Origin: Sedimentisphaerales bacterium
Lineage (GTDB): Bacteria; Planctomycetota; Phycisphaerae; Sedimentisphaerales; SM23-30
Length of the DNA stretch: 64,000 bases
Assembly: GCA_963667715.1 (NCBI GenBank)
Contig: OY763926.1
Coordinates: 909,249 to 973,248 of the forward strand
Direction of reading: 5' to 3'
This document shows, piece by piece, positions 20,211-29,199 of this stretch (positions within the stretch are counted from its first letter, which is position 1; the number at the start of each line of letters is the position of its first letter). A model generated the notes under the pieces. The model was not told the DNA's origin. It was given only the letters and a program-made list of their open reading frames with translations, and searched no databases. The position numbers and the translations under genes were made by a program.

Positions 20211-21617
20211 TTGATATTTAATTTATCAGATACAATTGCAGCGATAAGCAGTGCCCCCGGCTACGGCAGAAGGGGAATAGTTCGTTTATCCGGTCCGCTT
20301 GCTATTGATGTGACTGCAAAGTGCTGGCATGACGATGTTTGCGGTCTTAGTGGCGAAGAGTTTGGCCAGCAGCCGACGTGGCAGGCAATAAAGGGGCGTT
20401 TTGAGATATCAGAGACGGTTATTGTTCCGGCAGAGGCCGTCATATTTCGTCCGCCGGCAAGCTATACATCAGAGATGATGGTCGAGCTGCATCTGCCGGG
20501 ATCGCAGAAATTACTGAATATGGTTCTGGAGAAGCTGGTAAGCTTTGAATCGGTACGTTTGGCAGAGGCAGGCGAGTTTACAGGTCGCGCTTTTTTAAAT
20601 GGTCGAATAGATCTGACGGAAGCGGAGTCGGTGGCGGAGGTTATTCACGCTTGTGGCGATGCCCAGCTTAGAGCTGCTGAGAATCTTATGGCGGGTATGC
20701 TGCATAAAAAGTGCAGCGGCTATAGCCAGGGTTTGGCCGATCTTTTGGCATTGGTTGAGGCGGGAATTGATTTCTGTGATCAGGAGGGTATCGAATTTAT
20801 TGATAATGAAAGACTTATCGAAGGAGTTGAGCAAGTATCGGGTGATATAGATACTCTGTTGAAAGATTCTGAGAGTTGGCAGGATCTGCATAGTCTGGCG
20901 AGGGTAGTGCTTATTGGGCCGCCTAATGCTGGTAAAAGCTCGCTGGTGAATCTTCTTACCGGTCTGGATAGGAGTATAGTATGTTCCATAGCGGGTACAA
21001 CGCGAGATGTGCTTTCTGCTCCGGTAAAGCTAGGTTTGGGAGAGTGTTTACTGATTGACACTCCCGGCTTAGGCGATGTTGATGATCCGCTTGGTGCTGT
21101 TAGTCAGCAGCGGGTTTATGAAATTATCCGGGAAGCAGAGCTGGTTCTGCTCTTGTGGGACCCATCTGAGGTAAGTGAGCTGGGTGAGATTTTACATGCC
21201 TTAAGAGAAGCGGGCAATGTCAGGGTATTATCAGTAGCGAATAAAAAAGACCTGTACTCAGGCAGTCAGTCCCCAGATAGTGGGCTTGACGGATTGAATA
21301 CAGATCTGTTTATAAGTGCTTCAACAGGTGAGAATGTTGATGTTTTGTTGGAGAAGATGGCTGATCTTCTACATTTTGGCGATAATTATGGTCGGGCCGA
21401 AGCTGTAGCCCTTACCGCCAGGCAGGCATCAGCCCTTAGCAGTAGCAATGAATCGTTGAAAAGGCTGCTAACAGAACTCAGGTCAGGTCTGGACGAAGCA
21501 GAGCTTATCGCTCTCGAGCTTCGGGAAGCACTAGACCATATCGGCTCAGTGAGCGGCGAAATCGCCAGTGACGATGTATTGGGCCGGATATTTTCTAAGT
21601 TTTGTATAGGTAAATAG
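20211..21617 (+). CDS. mnmE: tRNA modification GTPase MnmE (TrmE)
   Basis: DTIAAISS, GEFTGRAFLNGRIDL, GPPNAGKSS, GTTRD, NKKD, C-terminal FSKFCIGK. Confidence 0.96.
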   Translation: MIFNLSDTIAAISSAPGYGRRGIVRLSGPLAIDVTAKCWHDDVCGLSGEEFGQQPTWQAIKGRFEISETVIVPAEAVIFRPPASYTSEMMVELHLPGSQKLLNMVLEKLVSFESVRLAEAGEFTGRAFLNGRIDLTEAESVAEVIHACGDAQLRAAENLMAGMLHKKCSGYSQGLADLLALVEAGIDFCDQEGIEFIDNERLIEGVEQVSGDIDTLLKDSESWQDLHSLARVVLIGPPNAGKSSLVNLLTGLDRSIVCSIAGTTRDVLSAPVKLGLGECLLIDTPGLGDVDDPLGAVSQQRVYEIIREAELVLLLWDPSEVSELGEILHALREAGNVRVLSVANKKDLYSGSQSPDSGLDGLNTDLFISASTGENVDVLLEKMADLLHFGDNYGRAEAVALTARQASALSSSNESLKRLLTELRSGLDEAELIALELREALDHIGSVSGEIASDDVLGRIFSKFCIGK

Positions 21618-21657
21618 CTATGATAAAGGTAATCAAACAGGCCGATGGTCAGTTTGA

Positions 21658-21727
21658 TAGGATTTAGAATTTAGTAATTAGTTGAATAGAATGCCTTTAA
21701 AAACTAAACACTAACTACCAACCACTA
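21658..21727. repeat. Facing 7-bp-periodic repeats (TAG x4 / CTA-like x4)
   Basis: TAG at 21658, 21665, 21672, 21679; CTA/CCA at 21704, 21711, 21718, 21725; between convergent mnmE and phoU. Confidence 0.5.
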
Positions 21728-21815
21728 GCCCCTTTATTAACAGTGGATTACAACACACAAACAGAGGCATTTGGTCAGTTTGTGTAAAGGTAATGGCTGA
21801 AAAACAGTAGTTACC

Positions 21816-22481
21816 TTAAGTATTTTGTGATTCAGTATGCCTTACGATATTGCCGGTGATCATATAGATAACATCTTCGGCGATATTGGTTGTGTGGTCA
21901 GCAATTCTCTCCAAGCTGCGAGCAACGGATAGGATGCTAAGTGAGAATTTCAACTTGTCGATATTTTGCGAATAAAAAGCTCTTACTTTTTCATGTAAAA
22001 CTCTGTTAATCTCATCTACCTGCTCGTCAGAATCCAGTACTTCCTGAGCCCTTGACTCACTGCTGTTGATCAGGGAGTCGAGCGAAGTTTTCAGCATCTG
22101 CTTGACCATATTGGTCATTTCAATTAGCTCCTGATCGATATTAACTTCATTACGATTATCGATAGGAATCCTTTTCATAGCGATTTTGGTGGTAAGGTCG
22201 CCAATTCTTTCCAGGTCATTGTTAAGTTTCAGGATAGTAATAATATACCTTAGATCAGCGGCTACCGGCTTGTGCAGGGCCAGTAGCTTCAGGCATTCTT
22301 CTTCGATCTCAACTTCCAGATCGTCGATCTGCTGATCGGCGTTTATGGCCTGGTTGGCAAGGTCGGAGTTATTGTTCATAAATGACTGAACGGCACTTTG
22401 CAGAGAAGTTTCCACCAGGTCGCCAAGTCTGGAGACCTTTGCCTGTAGTTTTTCAATGTCTCTGTGTAGATGTAAAGGCAT
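21816..22481 (-). CDS. phoU: Phosphate signalling complex protein PhoU
   Basis: PVAADLR, DLERIGD, SLERIADHTTNIAEDVIY. Confidence 0.95.
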   Translation of the reverse strand: MPLHLHRDIEKLQAKVSRLGDLVETSLQSAVQSFMNNNSDLANQAINADQQIDDLEVEIEEECLKLLALHKPVAADLRYIITILKLNNDLERIGDLTTKIAMKRIPIDNRNEVNIDQELIEMTNMVKQMLKTSLDSLINSSESRAQEVLDSDEQVDEINRVLHEKVRAFYSQNIDKLKFSLSILSVARSLERIADHTTNIAEDVIYMITGNIVRHTESQNT

Positions 22482-22513
22482 ATTATAAGTTCCTGTCGAA
22501 TAAAAGCTTTTGA

Positions 22514-22876
22514 TTAATAATTTTTTTCGTGCAGCGAGAGCAGCGGGTAATTAAAGTTATCGTCAGAAAGCTCAACCTTGACATCGCTAGCCGAGATAAG
22601 TTTGGCTTTGGCGTAGTCGAACATAGAGTTAAGCTCGTTTATTATCTCAATCCTGCTCCAAGGTATGATACGATTCATAACCTCACCAACCTTAATATCG
22701 TTAGGGGTGTGAGCATTTTTTCTAAAATGGTATGTAGTGCAATGCAATCTTACAAAAGCGGTATTGCACGATAATACCTTGCCGACAATAATGTGATTGC
22801 TAGCTTCCGCGTAATTTTTAACAGTTCTTATTTTCCAAATATTGCTTTTTTCTTTTTCTGATATTAAGTTTTCCAA
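22514..22876 (-). CDS. Hypothetical protein (possible Sm/LSm-like beta fold) inside the pst operon
   Basis: ORF fills the pstB-phoU gap. Probable TTG start 2 nt after the pstB stop, preceded by AGGAAGG. Confidence 0.65.
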   Translation of the reverse strand: MENLISEKEKSNIWKIRTVKNYAEASNHIIVGKVLSCNTAFVRLHCTTYHFRKNAHTPNDIKVGEVMNRIIPWSRIEIINELNSMFDYAKAKLISASDVKVELSDDNFNYPLLSLHEKNY

Positions 22877-22878
22877 CT

Positions 22879-23640
22879 TTATCCGAACCTTCCTGTAATA
22901 TAGTCTTCGGTTTGCTTTTCGCATGGGTTGGTGAATATTATGTCAGTGTCATTATATTCTATCAGTTCACCCAGGCAGAAAAACGCTGTGTGGTCGCTTA
23001 CACGTGCGGCCTGCTGCATACTATGCGTTACTATAACAATAGTGTAGCTGGTTTTCAACTCTTCAATTAAATCTTCGATCTTTGAGGTAGCGATCGGGTC
23101 AAGAGCTGAGCACGGTTCGTCCATAAGGAGCACTTCCGGGCGGGTTGCCAGGGCACGAGCGATACATAACCTCTGTTGTTGTCCGCCGGAGAGGGCCAGG
23201 GCAGATTTTTTCAGGTTATCCTTCACTTCATCCCAGAGAGCGGCCTTATTAAGGCATTCTTCCACGATTTCCTGTAGTTGGGTCTTGTTTTTTATGCCTT
23301 TGAGCCTTGGCCCGTAGGCTATATTGTCAAAAATTGATTTTGGAAATGGGTTCGGACGTTGGAAAACCATACCAATTTGTTGACGAAGTTCTATCTGGTC
23401 AATTTTTTTATCATAGATATTCAGGCCTTTATAGACGATCTCACCGGAAGTATGGGTATTTGGGATAAGATCATTTATCCTGTTAATACTTCTGAGGAAA
23501 GTACTTTTACCACAGCCGCTGGGGCCGATGATAGCGGTAACGCCTTGCTTGTAAATTTCCATATTGATGTCTTTTACGCCGGCTTTACTGCCGTAAAAGA
23601 AGCTGAAGTTATTGGCACTGATTATCGTGTTTTTATTCAT
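22879..23640 (-). CDS. pstB: Phosphate ABC transporter ATP-binding protein PstB
   Basis: [46 protein letters not shown]. Confidence 0.97.
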   Translation of the reverse strand: MNKNTIISANNFSFFYGSKAGVKDINMEIYKQGVTAIIGPSGCGKSTFLRSINRINDLIPNTHTSGEIVYKGLNIYDKKIDQIELRQQIGMVFQRPNPFPKSIFDNIAYGPRLKGIKNKTQLQEIVEECLNKAALWDEVKDNLKKSALALSGGQQQRLCIARALATRPEVLLMDEPCSALDPIATSKIEDLIEELKTSYTIVIVTHSMQQAARVSDHTAFFCLGELIEYNDTDIIFTNPCEKQTEDYITGRFG

Positions 23641-23645
23641 ATTTC

Positions 23646-25271
23646 TTAATGTCCCTTGAGTCTCTTGAATATCCTGGCTCTGAGGATAATAGCAACGGTA
23701 TTGAGCAATAATATCAGCAGGATAAGGGTAGCAACCATGCCGAACTGATTGTGTGGAACCATCATTGCGATCCTGTCGCCAACAGCCATGTCATAGCTAC
23801 CGAAAGACAGGGTTCTGGTTGTATCAAACATAGATTTAGGTATCGGTCCCAGAGCAACAGTAGCTGTAAAAATTATCGGTGCAGTTTCACCAGCAACTCT
23901 GCTTAGACTGAGAATAATACCAGTTAGTATACCGGGTAATGCAGCGGGCAGGGTGATAAAGATAAAAGTTCTGGTCCGTCCGGCCCCAAGTCCAAGCGAA
24001 GCTTCTTTGTATGTGCCAGGTACGGATCGTATTGCTTCCTCACTTGCACGTATCATAACGGGCAGGGTTAGGAGTGCCAGGGTAAGTGAACCTGCGAGAA
24101 TACATCTTACCGGCTCCTGATCGAACATTGGCAGAATGATGAGAACGAAGAATGACATGCCAAATATACCGAAAACTACACTTGGTACGCCGGCAAGGCT
24201 GTTAATACTCATTCTTATGATCGTGGTAACCAGGTTGTCTTTGGCACACTCGACCAGCCAGGCGGCAGTGATAATGCCAAATGGGATAACAAAGGCCATA
24301 CTCAGGAAGGTGAGCAGCAGGGTACCAAGTATTTCCGGGCCAATACCACCGAAGAAATGGCTGGAATGGCTATCATCGATATAATATTGCCAGTAGAAGG
24401 TCCAGTGTGGGTGGAACATTGATTCTATTTCATTTTCCAATCTGGTGAAAAATGTCTCCATTGGAGTGCCGGCGAATGTTTCTTTTCTGGGTACCGCTAT
24501 CTGCACTAAAGCTCCGCTGCTGCTGTTTGAGTCTTCAACCCAGCGGTATTCGTTTATGATTTGATCCAACTGTTTTTGAACCATGTCCCAGCGAGTCATG
24601 CCGTAGCGGTCTTTTGCCATAGCCGGGGTAGGTTCGTCCGGGGTAGGGCCAAAGAGGACATTGACTTTTTCTTCTACTACAGATAATGAGGCATTGATCT
24701 CTGCCTGCTTATCGAGGTCAAGGGTTTTAATAGCGTTCTTGTATTGCTGGGCAGTTTCGAAATAGTTTGATATATCAGTATTTTTGAAGATGGCCATATC
24801 TTTAGCGACCAGTACTTCCTCGAGCTTGCTATTGACAAGGTCTTTATCATTACTTTCGAGAGCATCGCAAAGCAGGTTCCTTAGGCCTTTAGCGATTTTG
24901 CGATTTTGTGTGTATACATCTCTTTCGACACCTTGTAGTTTAAGGCTGTCGCCGTAATCGCGATATTGGGAACGGATATCCTGTACCATTTTATCACGGT
25001 CAAGGCCGTTACGGAATTCATGGATAATATCTCTGAGTTCATTACGAACAGCTTCAACCTGCTTGACCTCTTCGGCAACGGCAAACTCATCGCCACGTCC
25101 GAACAGCTCAAACTGCATCTCGCGAAACTCAGAGGTTCCCTTGAAGAATACTGCTCCGCTACCGTGATAGAATATTGGTAATATTACAATTGCCAGTACC
25201 GCTATCAAGAGCAGGGCACAGCCCCAGGCAGTAACAGAAAATAATCGGTTGTATAAGTATCTCAGGTTCAT
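23646..25271 (-). CDS. pstA: Phosphate ABC transporter permease PstA with a large extracytoplasmic insertion
   Basis: [35 protein letters not shown]; 541 aa, with a long hydrophilic stretch after TM1. Confidence 0.92.
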   Translation of the reverse strand: MNLRYLYNRLFSVTAWGCALLLIAVLAIVILPIFYHGSGAVFFKGTSEFREMQFELFGRGDEFAVAEEVKQVEAVRNELRDIIHEFRNGLDRDKMVQDIRSQYRDYGDSLKLQGVERDVYTQNRKIAKGLRNLLCDALESNDKDLVNSKLEEVLVAKDMAIFKNTDISNYFETAQQYKNAIKTLDLDKQAEINASLSVVEEKVNVLFGPTPDEPTPAMAKDRYGMTRWDMVQKQLDQIINEYRWVEDSNSSSGALVQIAVPRKETFAGTPMETFFTRLENEIESMFHPHWTFYWQYYIDDSHSSHFFGGIGPEILGTLLLTFLSMAFVIPFGIITAAWLVECAKDNLVTTIIRMSINSLAGVPSVVFGIFGMSFFVLIILPMFDQEPVRCILAGSLTLALLTLPVMIRASEEAIRSVPGTYKEASLGLGAGRTRTFIFITLPAALPGILTGIILSLSRVAGETAPIIFTATVALGPIPKSMFDTTRTLSFGSYDMAVGDRIAMMVPHNQFGMVATLILLILLLNTVAIILRARIFKRLKGH

Positions 25272-26239
25272 TTTATCTTTTTAGCCTTACGGAGGAAGAA
25301 TTCACTTATCAGGTTAAGGATAAAGGTAGTTATCAACAATAATACCGCGAGGGCAAAGAGCGAGTGATAGTGCGTTGTGCCGTGAGCCGCTTCGAGCAAT
25401 TCACCTGCGATTGTCGCTGTAATAGTTCTGACAGATTCGGTGAGATCCCACCAGGGGGTTGGGATGTTGTTTGCGTTACCAGCAGCCATCCATACAACCA
25501 TAGTCTCACCCATGGCTCTCATCATTCCCAGGATAACCGCAGCGATAATACCACTATGAGCGGCAGGAAGTACGACTTTGAACATGGTTTCAAATCGTGT
25601 GCTGCCGAGTCCATAAGAAGCTTCACGCATTTCACGAGAAACATTTGAGATAGCATCTTCGGCAACAGAAATGATAGTTGGTAATGCCATGATCGCCAGC
25701 ATGATAGAGGCGTTTAGGGCAATAGTACCGGTTGGCAGATTGAAAGTGTTTTGCAGCCATGGAGCCAGGATCTTTACCGCAAAGAAACCGTAAGCTACCG
25801 TTGGTATTGCGGCCAGCATTTCAATAATAGGTTTAATAATATTACGGATCTTATGGTGAACCATATCGCTCAGGAATATGGCTGTAAATATACCGATCGG
25901 AACAGCGATCAGGAGCGAGGCTATGGTGATATGTATAGTGCCGACGATCGAGGCCAGGGCACCGAACTCCGGATTATCTGCAGTTGGATGCCAGTCGTTT
26001 ACTGTGATAAAATCTTTCAGATTGTGTTCCTGGAAGAATGGTATAGCGTTTTTGCCTACAAATATAAAGATAAGAATAATAGCGATAATTGACAAAGCAG
26101 CTATAGCAAAGAGAGTCCATTTGCCGGTAAAAGCTACTACGGTATCTCGCATGCTCCGGCTGGCGGATAGTACCAGCGACTGGTTTTCATCATTTATTTC
26201 AAATGTTGAAGATGGTATTGTATTTGCAGTATCAGTCAT
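25268..26239 (-). CDS. pstC: Phosphate ABC transporter permease PstC
   Basis: LAAIPTVAYG, EASYGLGST, RAMGETMVV; 4-nt overlap with pstA. Confidence 0.95.
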   Translation of the reverse strand: MTDTANTIPSSTFEINDENQSLVLSASRSMRDTVVAFTGKWTLFAIAALSIIAIILIFIFVGKNAIPFFQEHNLKDFITVNDWHPTADNPEFGALASIVGTIHITIASLLIAVPIGIFTAIFLSDMVHHKIRNIIKPIIEMLAAIPTVAYGFFAVKILAPWLQNTFNLPTGTIALNASIMLAIMALPTIISVAEDAISNVSREMREASYGLGSTRFETMFKVVLPAAHSGIIAAVILGMMRAMGETMVVWMAAGNANNIPTPWWDLTESVRTITATIAGELLEAAHGTTHYHSLFALAVLLLITTFILNLISEFFLRKAKKIK

Positions 26240-26327
26240 GTTGTTTTTTACTATCAGTTAAGGATTATAGATATGGAATAAGAAATAATTTCAGGATTCA
26301 GACAAAGTGTAAAAGGTGTCTTATATT

Positions 26328-26504
26328 AAGGGAACCTCTAAAAAGTCATTTTGGGCTGCAAACGGTCTTGGTTTTTCCTGAGCTGCGTCACGAAAAACCG
26401 TGAACCCCGATGTACATCGGGGCTAATATGCCCGGTTCATCGTTCCTTGTCAGTAAAAAACAATCCTCGTTTTCGCCTCAAAAGCAATTTTCAGAGGTAC
26501 TCTT
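26328..26504. mobile_element. Non-autonomous MITE-like element (~175 bp) with long terminal inverted repeats
   Basis: Left end AAGGGAACCTCTAAAAAGTCATTTTG versus reverse complement of right end AAGAGTACCTCTGAAAATTGCTTTTG. Complementarity extends ~55 bp. No transposase. Internal 18-bp perfect palindrome. Confidence 0.6.
26405..26422. repeat. 18-bp perfect palindrome CCCCGATGTACATCGGGG (REP-like)
   Basis: The sequence equals its own reverse complement and sits at the centre of the MITE-like element. Confidence 0.85.
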
Positions 26505-26581
26505 TAGCCGGTTACGGCTGTTTTGCCTGAATGCCTGGCTTATTCCTTATTCCATTTTTTGTCAATGAGCGGGGTATTGTA

Positions 26582-27403
26582 TTAGTAGTTAGTTAGTGGA
26601 ACAAAACCCTTAGATTCGATAATTTCCTGACCTTCTTCAGTTAGGTAGAAGCTGATGAACTTATGAACCGCAGAACCCAGTTTTGGATAGCCGTTAGTGA
26701 ACATGTATAGTGGACGGGTAACAGGGTAAGTACCGCTGGCGATAGTAGAACGGCTAGGAGCTACACCGTTAACAGTGATAGCCTTTACCTTATGGTCAAC
26801 AAAGCCAAGACCGACATAACCGATAGCACCCTTAGTTGTGCTAATACGGGAGTGCATCTGTGGGTTAGTTGCTACTTCTTCAGTTTTCTTCGCCATTTTC
26901 TGCTTGTTCATTACCAGGCTTTCAAAAGTTTCGAAAGTACCAGAAGCAGAGTCACGGGTAATACTTACGATATCCATGTCTGGTCCGCCAACAGCTTTCC
27001 AGTTAGTGATCTTGCCAGTGTAGATGTCGCGGATCTGATCCGTTGTGAGCTCTTTGACAGGGTTAGCAGGGTTGACAACTACGCATACGCCGTCCATAGC
27101 AACTACGTGAGCTACCGGGTAAACATCTTTGTCAACACAGGCCTTGAATTCTTTAGACTTCATGAAACGGCTCATCATGCCGACATCACAGCGACCGTCT
27201 TCCAGAGCAGCAGCACCATTACCGCTACCATTTTTAGTAACAGTAATATCAGTTATTCCCAGATTGCTCTTGAAGTATTCAGCAAAAGCGTCAGCGATAG
27301 GACCAACAGTAGTAGAACCTTCGAGTTTAAGGGATTCAGCATTTGCAACACTGCCGGCAAATGCAACAGCTGCGAGAACGATCAGAGTTAACAGTTTTTT
27401 CAT
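26582..27403 (-). CDS. pstS: Phosphate ABC transporter substrate-binding protein PstS
   Basis: Signal peptide; EGSTTVGP, GSGNG, MMSR, RDSASGT, YPVTRPLY; ATG at 27403 after GGAG. Confidence 0.95.
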   Translation of the reverse strand: MKKLLTLIVLAAVAFAGSVANAESLKLEGSTTVGPIADAFAEYFKSNLGITDITVTKNGSGNGAAALEDGRCDVGMMSRFMKSKEFKACVDKDVYPVAHVVAMDGVCVVVNPANPVKELTTDQIRDIYTGKITNWKAVGGPDMDIVSITRDSASGTFETFESLVMNKQKMAKKTEEVATNPQMHSRISTTKGAIGYVGLGFVDHKVKAITVNGVAPSRSTIASGTYPVTRPLYMFTNGYPKLGSAVHKFISFYLTEEGQEIIESKGFVPLTNY

Positions 27404-27467
27404 AATTTTAGTCTCCAATAAGTTAGGATTCAGTTTGGTGAAGTTAAGATTTCTTTAACCTCACGTT

Positions 27468-27515
27468 AGTATAGTAACAAGATATTGTTAATGTATTGTT
27501 AATTGTTTGTTAATT
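27468..27515 (-). promoter_or_regulatory. Pho-box-like array (3 x TTAACA, 11-bp period) plus -10 TATACT of pstS
   Basis: GTTAA on + strand at 27487, 27498 and 27509; AGTATA (TATACT on minus) at 27468-27473. Confidence 0.75.
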
Positions 27516-27583
27516 TTCTGTAGGAAATATATAAGTGCACAACTCAAACAGCGAGCGTACACTTTACGTTGTGTTAAGTTGTT

Positions 27584-28756
27584 TTAGAACTTGAATTTAA
27601 AGTCTGCCATAAGACGGCTGAAGCCATCGTCTTCACCGTAGCCAAGCTGGCTGTCGTATGTGCCAAGCAGGTATGTTACGGCGAAAGAAGTGTTTTTCAG
27701 CAGTGCATAAGACATGCTGAACTTGTGTCCGGTACCATAAGAAGCGTCGAGGAAATCGGAATCATTGAAGCTGTCGTATACAGCGTTGGCGGCAACGTCC
27801 ATATATTCATAGCCAACCGCCCAGGTTCCAGGAGCTTTGGCTTTGCCGTATTTAACACCAACGAGGTAGCCAGTATCATCGCTGTCGGCCTCTGTGTTGG
27901 TAACATAGTCACCGTATACGGTTACAGGATTATCTGAGAGTTTGAAAGAGTAATCAGCAAACACATCGATCATTTTGCACTGTTCATCAATGCCGTCAGC
28001 GTCGATATCGGCCTGGCTATAGTTGTATGAGCTGGCACCTATAGTTGCCTTGTTGCCGGCAATGTCAAGTTTCAGGCCAGCCTGAGCACCGTATAGACCA
28101 GCGTCGGCGGTGTCTCTTTCATCAGAAAGCATAAAGCCACCGACATTAACAAATAAAGGCCCACTTTCATAGGCAATTGCAGCACCTTCCAGATTTAGGT
28201 CGCCGTCCCAGATAAGCTGGTTGCCGCCTGGAGCGTAGAAAGGAACACCGAATTTACCACCTTTAACTTTAAGACCATCAATCGATTCGGGCTTATAGGT
28301 TATATACGCACGGTCGATCATAATAGCTTTTTTCTCATTATAATCGCCGAGTGTCTGATTGCCGGAGTCGGCACTTGTGCCACCGGTAGCGAGTCGCAGA
28401 TCGAAGCTAACTTCTTCATTAACTTCAGCGGTTAACCCCAGTCTGGCTCTAATACGAGCACGTTCGCGGACATAGCTGTCTTTTTCTTTGTCCATGGAAT
28501 CATAGCGAAGGCGGAAGTCGCCATAGAACTTGATCTTTTCAGCCCATTTGAGAGCGTCAGGAGTAGTTCCTTCCTGTACCGCATCTTTGACGGCAGCTTC
28601 AATAGTTCCCTGCTGATTGTTCTGGATAGACTCAATGTTAGCAATCTTTTTCTGTAGTTCGCTAACTTCTTTTTTGAGGTCACTAATTTCGTCTGCACCT
28701 GCAAAAGATGTTGCACATAAGCAAATCATCCCTGCCAATAAGCCCTTTTTATTCAT
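27584..28756 (-). CDS. Putative outer-membrane porin (Porin_5-like) with N-terminal coiled coil, likely phosphate-regulated
   Basis: Signal peptide, coiled coil, KFYGDFRLRYD...RERARIRARLG, IDRAY, LIWDGDLNLEG, amphipathic beta strands ending in FKFKF; upstream of pstS. Confidence 0.8.
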   Translation of the reverse strand: MNKKGLLAGMICLCATSFAGADEISDLKKEVSELQKKIANIESIQNNQQGTIEAAVKDAVQEGTTPDALKWAEKIKFYGDFRLRYDSMDKEKDSYVRERARIRARLGLTAEVNEEVSFDLRLATGGTSADSGNQTLGDYNEKKAIMIDRAYITYKPESIDGLKVKGGKFGVPFYAPGGNQLIWDGDLNLEGAAIAYESGPLFVNVGGFMLSDERDTADAGLYGAQAGLKLDIAGNKATIGASSYNYSQADIDADGIDEQCKMIDVFADYSFKLSDNPVTVYGDYVTNTEADSDDTGYLVGVKYGKAKAPGTWAVGYEYMDVAANAVYDSFNDSDFLDASYGTGHKFSMSYALLKNTSFAVTYLLGTYDSQLGYGEDDGFSRLMADFKFKF

Positions 28757-28843
28757 TACACCAAATCTCCATAAAAGAGGCATTCATATTTTTAAGCAGG
28801 CCATTCCTGCTGTTAATCATGAGGCAAATAATAATTGCATTGG

Positions 28844-28881
28844 GTTAGGTTAGAGTTAACGGTTTGTTAATTTGGCGTGAA
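28844..28881 (-). promoter_or_regulatory. Pho-box-like array upstream of the porin gene
   Basis: GTTAG 28844, GTTAA 28855, GTTAA 28866, GTGAA 28877: exact 11-bp period, same core and orientation as the pstS array. Confidence 0.65.
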
Positions 28882-29199
28882 AATAATATAAATTGTAACC
28901 TTTCACGGTTACAGTAGGAAAGGATGTAAGGTTGAAAGGGGGGTTTAGTGGTCAGGCTAATACAATAATTCCTTGCTACCTTTTGTAACCGTGTGAATAT
29001 AGAATGGTTATTGGTGTATTTGTTCTGTAATTGCTACAATGCTCCTATTTTTTTGATGTATCGGATATGTTATATTTAAGTTAATAAGGTGTCATAAAAG
29101 CGATATGCATTTTTATGGTACAAGCAAAGGGGAGATGATAAATAGTATGTAAGTCCATTTCCCATAGAGAGTAACCCCACAAATATTCCAGGAAAATTG

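Larger units (their letters stand above)
26273..26555. repeat. Outer ~34-bp imperfect inverted repeat enclosing the MITE-like element
   Basis: 26273-26306 ATGGAATAAGAAATAATTTCAGGATTCAGACAAA versus reverse complement of 26522-26555 ATGGAATAAGGAATAAGCCAGGCATTCAGGCAAA. Confidence 0.75.

Noticed and set aside
22877-22924. ATG start at 22924 for the pstB-phoU ORF
   Set aside because: It would overlap pstB by 46 nt; the TTG at 22876 with an upstream AGGAAGG fits better.
26203-26403. 66-aa ORF on the + strand
   Set aside because: Antisense to the pst operon and runs through the repeat element; most likely spurious.
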